64,000 nt of DNA from Octopus sinensis (Eukaryota), in the NCBI RefSeq assembly GCF_006345805.1, contig NC_042998.1, forward strand, positions 23,808,001-23,872,000. Direction: 5' to 3'. The notes below the pieces were generated by a model that did no database searches, was not told where the DNA came from, and worked only from the letters and a program-made list of their open reading frames with translations. The translations under genes were made by a program, and so were the position numbers. Below, in pieces: positions 52,411-64,000 of the stretch; position 1 is the first letter of the stretch; the number at the start of each line of letters is the position of its first letter.

Positions 52411-53034
52411 GACATATTTTCTTTCTGTTTTCTACGATAAAATTCTCTAAGCATTTTCTTGCTCTTCTTATTTTATACACACACATACACACATGCATAA
52501 ACTAATTCCTATGACATCAAAACACACACATTGAGAGAATATATTTGAGATGCAGTCACTACTAAAATTCCACATTTGAGAGTCATCTTCTAAATAAGTA
52601 TTTACATGGTTTCAGATAACATGGAAAATAGAAAATAATTAATTTTTTCATTCTTTCACATTTGCATTTGTTTATATTTCAAAAATATTCAGGCTTTATG
52701 TACTATAAATACGAACTGTGTAATTATGATAATATTTCAATAGATTTCAAATTTTATAACAGTCCCGTCCGCAGAGAATAATAATTGAATATTCTGAAAG
52801 TATAAATGAATTTAAATGTGAAACAATCAAGGAATATATTATTTCTTCATGATTCATTGAACTTAAAAGTGCATGCTAACTTTTTGAATATATGGTTCGT
52901 AGAAGAGCAGTTTTTTATTACCTATTTTAATTTCAGACATCAGTGCAATATTTTAGATTCAACCTCGTTTCAAGAATACAAAGCAGCTGCTTGATTTGTC
53001 TGTGCACTATAATAGAAAGCTTATTTACATTATT

Positions 53035-53170
53035 TACGTTTGACGGATATTTGTCCTCACCTTGTTTGTTGTTAACACGTTTCAGTTGATATACCCTCCA
53101 GCCTTCTTCAGGTGTCTTGGGGAAATTTCGAACCTGGGTTCTCATTCCTAATGTGTTTTCGATGTTGTTT
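53035..53170 (-). mobile_element. Penelope-like terminal fragment with hammerhead-like core (53072-53116)
   Basis: Minus: ACAC-CTGAAGA-A-GGCTG gagggtatat CAACT-GAAA-CGTGTT. Confidence 0.55.
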
Positions 53171-54015
53171 ATGTTGTTGTTGTTACTATGTAGAAAACCA
53201 TGCTGAATCAGACTGGAGCCTGGCACAGCCTTCCAGTGTGCCAGCCCAGTCAAACTGTCCAATCCATACCAGCATGGACAACAAACATTAAATGATGATG
53301 ATGATGATGATGATGATGTTCTAGAAAGAACCAGGCAAACTGAGACTGTTGAAGGACACAAAAATGGAAGTGGTGAGATTCATGCCTTTCCAAATGGTAT
53401 TACCAGCATAAGCAAAGTGGAGCCATGTAAAATAAAATCTCAAAGGAGTTTGTAAACTTGCACACTGAGAGAATAATTATTATGATTTCTTAACCAGATT
53501 TAAAGCTTTCACAATGAGAGAGAGAGAGAGTGTGTGTGTCTGTGTGTGTGTCTGTGTGTTCATGTGAAATAAAGTACAAGGTGAGAAGATACCTTTCCAA
53601 TGAGCATTAGCAATCAATGCAAGCAGAGTGAAGTAATTAGTTCTGCAAAGTGACACCAGGTCTTGAGAGAACGATACATTAACACTTTAAATGTCTACTT
53701 GTCTACAACCAAGCTAATTAAATTGCTCAAATTTAAATTTAAATCTTTGACTGATATTTCATTATTACAGCACAGAAATTATCAAATTTCAATGAACAAA
53801 TATTTGACAGCTGTTATTAAGCTGGAAGTTCAGTTCCGCTAAAAGAAATTTTAGAGCAGAGAACTGATAGAATCGTTTGCATATCGGGAAAAAATGCTTC
53901 TTGCTCCAGCTCTTTACATTCTGAGTTCAAACCCTACCAAGGCTGAATTTACTTTTCATCCTTTACAGGTCTGTAAAATAAAATATCAGTCTAGTAATGG
54001 GGTTGATGATATTGT

Positions 54016-54556
54016 AGGCGCAGGAGTGGCTGTGTGGTAAGTAGCTTGCTAACCAACCACATGCTTCCAGGTTCAGTCCCACTGCGTGGCATCTTGGGCA
54101 AGTGTCTTCTGCTATAGCCCTGGGCCGACCAATGCCTTGTGAGTGGATTTGGTAGACGGAAACTGAAAGAAGCCTGTTGTATATATGTATATATATATAT
54201 ACTCATATGTAATGGTGTATTAAAGTATTGATTGGGTATCATCGGATAGTTGATGTTTTATTGATTTAAGTATGTTTCTCCATTCTCTAATTTTGTAGTA
54301 TATATATATATATATATGTATGTATGTGTGTGTGTGTTTGTGTGTCTGTGTTTGTCCCCCTAGCATTGCTTGACAACCAATGCTGGTGTGTTTACGTCCC
54401 CATCACTTAGCGGTTCAGCAAAAGAGACCGATAGAATAAGTACTGGGCTTACAAAGAATAAGTCCCGGGGTCGATTTGCTCGACTAAAGGCGGTGCTCCA
54501 GCATGGCCGCAGTCAAATGACTGAAACAAGTAAAAGAGTAAAGAGTAAAAGAGAGT
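54016..54556 (+). mobile_element. SINE family B containing the spacer and one arm of the 1848-1994 hairpin
   Basis: 54217-54300 matches 1911-1994 with a few substitutions. Confidence 0.9.
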
Positions 54557-55007
54557 AGTGGGGATTCGAAACCCAGCTGCTAGAGACTTGGTCAGATGCC
54601 ATGAGTAAGCCACAGGTTTCATGTCATCAATCTATAAATCTACCAATCTGCTGGAGGCTGTAGCATGATACAGTTTATTCGGATGTTCTAAAATTTGACT
54701 TTTTATCTCCCACAAAGACCATTTGGTGCGTAACCTAGAGCGCAGACATCCAATGGACCACTGATTCCACAGATCACCATGAAGATTTGCACAGATGGCT
54801 TCATGTATCTTTGGACTGACAGCATAATGTCACATAGATAGCTTTCTACTCTTTCAGAGCAATTTTTCTCTCTATCCCATTTGGCGATTATTAATATTGT
54901 TTATTGTAAATAGCCTTCACCAAATATCATTACATCCAGCAATAAATATCAAGTTAAATGTTTGTGAGTTTCCTTCAATTATTATTCTCACAGCCAACAG
55001 CAACAGC

Positions 55008-55200
55008 AGTGGCGGCACAATGGCTCAGTGGTCAGGGCAGCGGACTTGCAGTCATAAGAATGCGGTTTCGATTCCCAGACCGGGCATTGTGAGTGTTTAT
55101 TGAGCAAAAACACCTAAGCTTCATGAGGTTCCAGCAGGGGATAGTGGTGAATCCTCCTGCTGTACTTTTGCACCACAACTTTCTCTCACTCTTTCTTCCT
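55008..55200 (+). mobile_element. SINE family D, 5' part
   Basis: Family match. Confidence 0.75.
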
Positions 55201-55549
55201 ACTTCTGTCACAAAGCAGAGGAACCATGGTGTAACCCACTATGGTGTGGTAAAACTTTCAGACCCTAGTCTAGATTGCGAATCCTCTGTACCCCAGGATG
55301 GTTCAGCTCTCCACCCATTAAAAGCCACCATTTACGGAATGAGGATAACAACGTAGCTTTCGCACCCATGCAATGACCAGTCTATTGCGTGTGGTGGGTG
55401 GATCTTCAAGTTGCCACACGCATTCTTAGTAGCTTAGAGTAGGCTCCAATTAGAGATTATTCTTTGTGGCTGATGGTGTGAGTCTTGATTGGAAAAAGAA
55501 GAGGAAGAAGAAGAATCAGTGGTGGTGGCAGTGGCGAAGACAGCAGCAG

Positions 55550-55786
55550 AAATGGTGGGGCAGCAGTGGTGGGGCAGCAGTGGTGGGGCAGCAGTGGTGG
55601 GGCAGCAGTGGTGGGGCAGCAGTGGTGGGGCAGCAGTGGTGGGGCAGCAGTGGTGGGGCAGCAGTGGTGGGGCAGCAGTGGTGGGGCAGCAACAGTGGCA
55701 GGAACAGTCGTGGCAACTGTAACAGCAGCAGCAGCAGCAGCAGCAGTAGTAGCAGTAGTAGTAGCAGCAGTAGTATCAATAGTAGT

Positions 55787-55818
<32 letters not shown>

Positions 55819-56030
55819 TAGTAGTAGCAGCAGCAGTAGTAGTAGTAGTAGTAGCAGCAGTAGTAGTAGCAGTAGTAGTAGCAGCAGTAGTAGTAGCAGT
55901 AGTAGTAGAAGTAGTAGTAGCAGCTGTAGTAGTAGTAGCTGTAGCAGTAGTTGTAGTAGTAGTAGTAGTAGCAGTAGTAGTAGTAGCAGCAGTAGTTGTA
56001 GTAGTAGTAGTAGCAGCAGTAGCAGCAGCA
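55550..56030. repeat. GC-rich minisatellite (GCAGCAGTGGTGGG units) grading into (GCA)/(GTA) trinucleotide tract
   Basis: Direct observation. Confidence 0.95.
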
Positions 56031-56455
56031 AGAAATTTCACAGGCATTATACCATTGAAAACACAGTAAGTGAAAAAGAAACGGGGGGCTAAGGTTTAAT
56101 ACTCACTAAAATCCCCCGTGATGTTGTGAATTTGCAACAACAAATGCGATAGTTGGATGTAATTACAGAGATCTTAAGGAAACGGCATTAATGCTTTGTT
56201 GTTGTAGACATTTGAAGAATGCAATAAAAATGACAGCCTTACTTTAAGCATAACAATATAATGTAACACTGGGGTGAGCAAGATGTATAAACAAGCACTC
56301 AGTGCAACGTAAACATCAGCTGGCAGAACATTTTCATCCAGAAGGCACCTGTCATGCTTATTGTATGCTTATATTAATGAAAACTTTTAACTCTGATTCA
56401 CCATCTAAACATCTGATTTCCATAAAATTCCCAGAGTTTTTGATTCTTTGTCATT

Positions 56456-56878
56456 AGGTGCAGGAGTGGCTGTGTGGTAAGTAGCTTGCTAACCAACCAC
56501 ATGGTTCAGGGTTCAGTCCCACTGCGTGGCATCTTGGGCACGTGTCTTCTGCTATAGCCCTGGACCGACCAATGCCTTGTGAGTGGATTTGGTAGACGGA
56601 AACTGAAAGAAGCCTGTCGTATATATGTGTATATATATGTATATATGTGTATGTGTATGTGTGTGTGTTTGTGTATGTGTGTTTGTCCCCCTAGCATTGC
56701 TTGACAACCGATGCTGGTGTGTTTACGTCCCCGTCACTTAGCAGTTCGGCAAAAGAGACCGATAGAATAAGTCCAAGGCTTACAAAGAATAAGTCCCGGG
56801 GTCGAGTTGCTCGACTAAAGGCGGTGCTCCAGCATGGCCGCAGTCAAATGACTGAAACAAGTAAAAGAGTAAAAGAGT
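56456..56878 (+). mobile_element. SINE family B
   Basis: Full-length match. Confidence 0.9.
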
Positions 56879-56953
56879 ATGCATATATTCTCAGCACACA
56901 TGTACTATTTTCAGGACTTAAGAGACACATATGCACTATAATATGTTGGTATG

Positions 56954-57268
56954 TACTGGGCAGTCCGGAAAGTTCGTGTCGATTTTTAAAGGAAAGAAAA
57001 AGGTCAATAAATATTTGCCGTTACATTTTTAATTAACCAAATATGAACCCTTTTGTTGCACAATGTGTCTCCATCTTTCCTTTAACTTGAAAATACCCTC
57101 TTCCCAGAATTGAGGTGGTTTCATGGCAAAGAATTCATCAAGGTATCTTTTTACGTCATCCAAGGAATTGAAATTTTTACCATTAAGACTATTCTGCAGA
57201 GACCTGAATAAGTGGAAATCTGAAGGAGCAATATCTGGTGAATATAAAGGGTGGGGTAAAGGTTGGGT
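56954..57268 (-). pseudogene. Mariner transposase 3' end plus TIR, truncated by SINE C
   Basis: LPHPLYSPDIAPSDFHLFRSLQNSLNGKNF...FWEEGIFKLKERWRHIVQQKGSY* (YSPDLAPSD motif); TA-CTGGGCAGTCCGGAAAGTTCG end. Confidence 0.9.
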
Positions 57269-57284
57269 TGACAGGGACAGACAT

Positions 57285-57945
57285 AAGGTGGTGAGCTGGC
57301 AGACGTTAGCATGCTGGGTGAAATGCTTAGCAGTATTTTGTCTGTCCTTACATTCTGAGTTCAAATTCCGCTGAGGTCGACTTTACCTTTCATTCTTTCA
57401 CGGTCGATGAATTAAGTACCAGTTGCATACTGAGTTCGATCTAATCGACTGATCCCCTCCCCCAAAATATCAGGCCTTGTGCCTAGAGCAGAAAATATCT
57501 GTTTAAGTAGGCTAAGGTGGCGAGCTGGCAGAAATGTTAGTACAGTGGGCGAAATGCTTAGCGGTATTTTGCCTGCAGTTACGTTCTGAGTTCAAATTCC
57601 ACTGAGGTTGACTTTGCCTTTCATCCTTTTGGGGTTGATCAAATAAGTACTAGTTATGCACTGGAGTCGATGTAATCAACTTAATCCCTTTGTCTGTCCT
57701 TCTTCGTCCCCTCTATGTTTAGCCCCTCGTGGGCAATAAAGAAATAAGAAATGTTAACACAGTGGGTGAAATGCTTAGTGGCATTTCATCTGTCTTTATG
57801 TTCTGAGTTCAAATTGCACCGAGGTCGACTTTGCCTTTCATCCTTTCACAGTCGATAAATTAAGTACCAGTTGCATACTGGGGGCCGATCTAATTGACTG
57901 GATCCCTCCCCCAAAATATCAGGCCTTGTGCCTAGAGTAGAAAAG
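57285..57945 (+). mobile_element. SINE family C cluster (monomer plus dimer)
   Basis: Heads at ~57285 and ~57514; restart at AGAAATGTTA ~57747. Confidence 0.85.
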
Positions 57946-58619
57946 ACCTGTGCAAAACAGCAGTAACTGCTATTCAATAAATTTTTTGACCGCATATAAA
58001 TGCCAAAATCGATATATTTGCCTAGGTGTCACGTAAAAGTACCCACTACACTCGCGAAGTGGTTGGCGTTAGGAAGGGCATCCAGCCGTAGAAACTCTGA
58101 CAGATCAGACTGGAGCCTGGAGCAGCCCCTGGCTTCCCAGACCCCCGGTCGAATCGTCCAACCCGTGCTAGCACAGAAAACGGACATTAAACGATGATGA
58201 TGATGATACAATCCACTGTAGCCAGCCTAACAGTTAGAATCAACAGAACCTTACCAAACAACGACAAGCATCTACTTATTTCTATAAACCATCAAATTTC
58301 ACACTGATTTTTAATTTTTTTATTTTTGCTACCCTCTCTGAATTAACTTCATGATGACATAAAATGATAACTTAATCATGGCTTATAGTGCTAAGCGCAA
58401 AGTTTGCTATAAATTACTTACAAATTTCTTTGTTTTTCTGATTATGCGGTGCAGTTCTATTATAGGATTGCACTGTTAGAACTGATCTTCTTTATCTGAG
58501 AATAGATCTTACACTGACAAGCATTCGGTAGAAATTATTATTCCATTTCAACTTAAAACCAAATTAATGCATTCCATATTCTATGTGTTTTATAGTCTTT
58601 TACATTATTCTCTCCATTT

Positions 58620-58837
58620 AAAGATTTCTTATATGCACACTCACACACACACACACACACATGAATGTGCACACACACTCACATGCATTCGCGCACACAC
58701 ACATGCATGTGCACACACAAACACACACAAACACAAACACACACAAACATAAACACACACACGCAAACACACACACACACACACACACGCAAACACACAC
58801 ACAAACACACACACACAAATACACACAAACACACACA

Positions 58838-58873
<36 letters not shown>

Positions 58874-58950
58874 CACACAGAGGACACACACACAAACATA
58901 AACACGCACAAGCACACACACGTACACACAAACACAGACACATACAGAGG
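58620..58950. repeat. (CA)n-rich compound microsatellite
   Basis: Direct observation. Confidence 0.95.
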
Positions 58951-59154
58951 TGTACACCTCCTTAAACATTTCCTTTTCTTTAATTTGTTTTACTTCATGC
59001 ACCTCCGCCTCCCCTCTCACCCCATCATTATGTTAAAATTGAAATTTTTGCATAAATTTCAATGAAACTTAACACAATGCAACAAAATCTCCCTTCTCTT
59101 CTCTTTTTCTTTCTTCCCATTGAAGTATCTGAGATAGATGAATGTATCCCCACC

Positions 59155-59480
59155 AATTCTTCTTCTTCTTCTTACTCCTCCATCCTCCTCCTCCTCATCA
59201 TCATCATCATTGTCACCATCATTGCCACCATTACCATTGCCATCATTATCATAATCATCACCGTTGTCATCATCATCATCATCATTTTCACCATCATTGC
59301 CATCATAATCATCACCGTTGTCATCATCATCATCACTATCATTGCCACCATCATCATCATCATTGTCACCATCATTGCCACCATCACCATTGCCATCATT
59401 ATCGTAATCATCATCGTTGTCATCATTATCGTTATCAACATCATCATCATTATCTTCATCATCAACAACAATAACGACAG
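59155..59480. repeat. (CAT)n-rich degenerate trinucleotide tract
   Basis: Direct observation. Confidence 0.95.
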
Positions 59481-60370
59481 CAAATGCAAACTCCCACCCA
59501 CCTGAATCAAATCAAAAGACTTTATTTGTCCATCCTGTTTTGTCATATTCCTTACATCCCTAACAAACTACTTTACCCAATCCTCCCCCCAGCACCAAAA
59601 AAAAAAAATCGCCCTCCATCTACAAGAGGAGTTAGATGTTGCGTGAAAGAGCAAAGACTGCATTGCTGGTATGGCTATGTGATGTGCATGGATGATGGCA
59701 GCTGTTATAGAAGAAGAAGAAGTCGTAGCTCAGTTGTAAACTATTGTTGCAGAGATCTGATAGACCAGAACTCAGTAGTGACAGGATCACATCTCATATG
59801 GGAGCAAATGAAATTTTCTTTGTGGGCCATGGATCTTTTCTAAAATTTTAAAAATCAAATTTGATGTATTTGGGAGTCATTAAGCAGTTGATTGCTTTTA
59901 AATAGACTTTTGTGTCACAATTTGTTTCAGGAGAGAATTAGCTGTGAAGACGTCTGTCTATATCATTGCTGTATGAAGACAGACCACTTGACCAACAGAC
60001 TAACGGCTGCCTCTACACGCCACCAAACAGTACGTTAACTTTGTTTACAAGATCAGTTCAGCCTAACCATGAAGTCTCTCACACATCCTTATTGTAACCT
60101 TTTATGTTATTTTACTCCATGTATGGCAATCATTGTTGTTGTGATTTTAGTTTTGATCACGTGATTTTGATTGTTTCGATTGCTGTTATATGCCTACACT
60201 GCGATTGCACGGAGTTCTGTTCTGTTTGCAGATGACATGTTCAGCGTTGATTTTTAGTTAGCCGAGAATGTAGCAACTCGCTGCATAAAAAATGTTATTG
60301 CGTTGAAGTTTGGTTTTGCTTACAATTTAACAATCTTTGTTTGTATTGTATATTGCTGTATTTTTAGTCA

Positions 60371-60758
60371 GTGGACGTGCAATGGCACAGTGGTTAGGGC
60401 AGCGGACTCGAGGTCATAGGATCGCGGTTTCGATTCCCAGACCGGGCGTTGTGAGTGTTTATTGAGCGAAAACACCTAAAAGCTCCACGAGGCTCCGGCA
60501 GGGGATGGTGGTGATCCCTGCTGTAGTCTTTCACCACAACTTTCTCTCACTCTTACTTCCTGTTTCTGTTGTACCTGTATTTCAAAGGGCTGGCCTTGTC
60601 ACACTTTGGGTCACGCTGAATATCCCCGAGAACTACGTTAAGGGTACACGTGTCTGTGGAGTGCTCAGCCACTTACACGTTAATTTCACGAGCAGGCTGT
60701 TCCGTTGATCAGATCAACCAGAACCCTCGTCATCGTAACCGACAGAGTGCTTCCATCC
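60371..60758 (+). mobile_element. SINE family D, full length
   Basis: 11-bp TSD ATTTTTAGTCA at 60360-60370 and 60759-60769. Confidence 0.9.
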
Positions 60759-61429
60759 ATTTTTAGTCAATTAAAACCTTTTAAACTTTGGTATTCCAGT
60801 TTGGATTGATAACAATTGTATTTTTATAACCAAGAACAAATCGTCACTTACCAGTTCCTTTCATCTCAAGTTGTATACATCCATTTTTACATTCTCCTCA
60901 TTAATCATCATTGTTATACATCTTTTCTAAAAACTTATCAAATTAATGTCTCTGTGGGTCATTGAGCAGCTGATGCCTGTTAGACCATCGTTTTATGTCA
61001 CAATTTATCATTTCCCTTTCACTTGTTTCAATCATTTGACAGCAGCCATCCTGAGCCACCACTTTGAAGGATTTAATTGAAGAAATCAAGCCTAGTACTT
61101 ATTTTGTTTTAATTTGGTACTTTTTCCATCACTTTCTTGTGCCAAACTGCTAAGTTATGAGGATGCAAACAAACCATCACTGTTTATCATGTGGTGATAG
61201 AAGACAAACTCAAGCACAAAAACATAGTCATATACGCGATAGGTTTTTGGGCTTCTTTCAGTTTCTGGCTGCTTTAGCCACTCGCAAGACTTTGGTCATT
61301 CTGGGTCTATAGTAGAAGACACTTGCCTAAGGTGCAGTGCAGCAGGACTGAACTCAAGACCACATGGCTGAGAAGCAAGTTTTTAACCACAGAACCACAC
61401 ATGCAATTTGATTTATTTAATTTTTGTTT

Positions 61430-61771
61430 ACACCAACCACATGTTTTTGGGTTCAGTCCCACTGCATGGCATGGCACCTAGGGCAAGTGTCTTCTACTAT
61501 AGCCTTGGGCTGACCAAAGTCTTGTGAGAGGATTTGGTAGACAGAAACTGAAAGAAGCCTGTCATATATATATATATACTTATGTATGCATGTATATGTG
61601 TATTTGTGTGTGTGTGTGTAAGTTTGTGTGTCTGTATTTGTCCCCCACCACCATTGCTTAACAACCAATGCTGGTGTGTAACTACCTTGGGCAAGTGTCT
61701 TCTACTATAGCCTCGGGCTGACCAAAGGCTTGTGAGTGGATTTGGTAGACGGAAACTGAATGAAGCCCATC

Positions 61772-61803
<32 letters not shown>

Positions 61804-61883
61804 TTTATTCAAAAGCAGCAGAAAATTCAACAAAACCTGTTACTCTGAGTTTCATGTTTCCATTCGTCGGACAGTTTTTGCTA

Positions 61884-61934
<51 letters not shown>

Positions 61935-62150
61935 TGTATGTGTGTTTTGTGTGTGTGTGTTTATCACCCCAACATCGCTTGACAAACAATACTGTTGTGT
62001 TTATGTCCTTGTAACTTAGTGGTTCGGCAAAAGAAGCAGATAGAATATTCACCAGGCTTACAAAGAATAAGTCCTGGGGCCGATTTGTTCAACTAAAAGG
62101 CAGTGTTCCAGCATGGCCACAGTCAAATGACTGAAACAAGTAAAAGAAAT
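61430..62150 (+). mobile_element. SINE family B with internal duplication and a Penelope-like insert (61800-61885, minus) in its microsatellite
   Basis: Repeated ACC(TA/TT)GGGCAAGTGTCTTCT segment; insert reads on minus ACTGT-CCGACGA-ATG gaaa CAT-GAAA-CTCAGAGT...AATAAAG. Confidence 0.75.
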
Positions 62151-63086
62151 AATACACATTGGCAATGATGGAATTGAGAAGTATTTGCAAAGATATTTTT
62201 TATATGTAAGATTTGATGTAATATTCTTGACAGCCATGAGCAACTGTGAAAAATAAAAAATAAAAAGTGGACCATTACAAAAAGAAGTTGCTGATCCATG
62301 TGATAAATCATACTTAGCTTGTTCCTCTCCAGCTATTGCAGCATCTCTATAGTCTCCACACATCTCACATATCATATTTAGCAAATAAAGAGGATATCCA
62401 TGATAGAAATCAAAGCAAATTTTGAGACATGAAAATCAGATTCTATTTGTTGACTAGATTCCTGGTTCAAAGAAAGGGGGAAAAATAAAACCGAGGTAAA
62501 AAATGGAGAAAAGAAATTTTTGAAAACACCAGCTAAAAAACTTCAGGGAGAATAAAAAAAAAAAATAAAAGGTGAACTGACGCTATGTTCCAACATATAA
62601 GTAGTTCACCTCATCGTTGTTGGTGTATCAACATCAAAGTAAATAACTGTCAAAGATTGTGTGTTCTGGGGAAGATTTTGGAGAAAGAAATCAGTTTTAA
62701 ATATCGTATTTTGTTGGCAGATATACAGATGGCAGTATTTTTTTTTCACCAGACAAAGAAGCTATCACTTTCAGTTTCATAAAATATTAAATCAAATATA
62801 TAAAAAAAACCCTAAGAAAAACAGAAAATAAATCATGCACACACAGATGCACATGTGCACACACATACATACACATGCAAATATGGAGATATATTATTTA
62901 TTTTCAGATGGTTGTCTACATTTCAAATTCAAATTTAATAAAGTGAAAACTACTAATGCTTCAAAATGATAGCTGTCATCTTTTAGAAAGTTACTGTAGC
63001 ATAAAGTTTTTAGTAAAAGGAAAATAAAAATATTGTTAAATTATCTAATGAGTCTTGATATAAGCAAGAAAATTGCCTCATATCAC

Positions 63087-63118
63087 CTAACACTTTTTTC
63101 TCACAGCTGCAGGTAAGA
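63087..63118 (+). promoter_or_regulatory. Candidate splice signal cluster: branch point, polypyrimidine tract, CAG, CTGCAG, GTAAGA
   Basis: CCTAACACTTTTTTCTCACAG|CTGCAG|GTAAGA. Confidence 0.45.
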
Positions 63119-63544
63119 CAATGTTTTCTATGTATATTTCATGTGAGGTCAAACTTGCATATGTATTTTAATTTCTTCTCATGTTTATTTTATTTTATTA
63201 TATCAACTTTCAGCTTGTTTTCATTTCTTTTTACTTAAGACTCCTACTGGTTTGGTGACAGTTTATTAAGTTCACTAGTGATTACTGAAAATTTTATTCA
63301 GATATATTCAATTTTCTTGTTTTCATTTCATAAAGAAATTTCTTTATGATCATATTTCGCATTTAATTATTTTCCTTCACATTGTAATCATCATTATTGT
63401 TATTCCTATTATTGTCAGTTTTATTATCATCATCATGTATTCAACTATTTCATGTGAATTTCTACCACATCACTAGGTGCACCTCCATATTCCTGAGATG
63501 TGTGCAGCGTTGTCCCTTGATGATGTAAATTTGCATTTATATTC

Positions 63545-63870
63545 TGCCGTCTGCCAGGCTCGTCTGGCACATAAAAAACACCATCCGAGCGTGGCCGTCT
63601 GCCAGCCTCGTCTGGCACCTGTGTCGGTGGCACATAAAAAACACCATCCGAGCGTGGCCGTCTGCCAGCCTCGTCTGGCACCTGTGTCGGTGGCACATAA
63701 AATCACCCACTACACTCTCGGAGTGGTTGGCGTTAGGAAGGGCATCCAGCTGTAGAAACACTGCCAGATCTGACTGGCCTGGTGCAGCCTTTGGGCTTGC
63801 CAGACCCCAGTTGACCCGTCCAACCCATGCTAGCATGGAAAGCGGACGTTAAACGATGATGATGATGATT
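63545..63870 (+). mobile_element. RTE LINE 3'UTR with 63-bp tandem units
   Basis: GCCGTCTGCC restarts at 63594 and 63657; (TGA)n tail. Confidence 0.9.
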
Positions 63871-64000
63871 CTACATCAGTTTTGCATTGTTGCAGGGTTT
63901 GTCTGTTGTTTCTGGCATTAGTGTTTTATTTGCTCTATAGATTATGTGGATGCTGAAGAAGCTGAACAGTTAAAACATCTTCTTTGCATCTATGAAGACC

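Noticed and set aside
55457-56092. Poly-Ser/Thr/Leu/Val ORFs of ~170-210 aa on both strands
   Set aside because: Trinucleotide and minisatellite tract open in all frames; no splice or homology support.
52163-57268. Single mariner element spanning 52.2-57.3 kb
   Set aside because: The 5' fragment is on the plus strand and the 3' fragment on the minus strand, so they are separate remnants.
60852-60926. 75-bp minus-strand exon-like segment (TTTTTAG ... CTG|GTAAGT)
   Set aside because: Stop codons in all three frames; could be UTR but unsupported.
63545-63700. CRISPR-like repeat array (also the 184-bp SINE C arrays)
   Set aside because: No unique spacers or cas genes, eukaryotic context; units belong to retroelement UTRs.

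Overview
AT-rich, microsatellite-dense eukaryotic non-coding DNA, probably intronic or intergenic. The repeat families match those I recall from octopus (coleoid cephalopod) genomes; that assignment is from memory, not a search. No host protein-coding gene can be supported, and almost all listed ORFs are microsatellite or SINE artefacts. The recognisable coding remnants are all transposon-derived: an uninterrupted 5'-truncated CR1-group RT ORF (47.8-48.9 kb), RTE-clade ORF ends, the C-terminus of an R4/Dong/NeSL-type restriction-like-endonuclease LINE (18.9 kb) and mariner fragments. Non-autonomous elements include five tRNA-derived SINE families (labelled B-F here), Helitrons, a Helentron/HINE-like element, and hAT and Tc1/mariner MITEs. 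Most noteworthy: (i) minimal hammerhead-ribozyme-like motifs in Penelope-like fragments; (ii) unrelated fold-back hairpins with near-identical ~64-bp arms at (TA)n; (iii) a SINE whose internal microsatellite repeatedly hosts other elements; (iv) SINE multimers with a fixed junction; (v) microsatellite-embedded, possibly targeted LINEs; (vi) a strong microexon or recursive-splice-site candidate at 63.1 kb. Element boundaries are read by eye and approximate.
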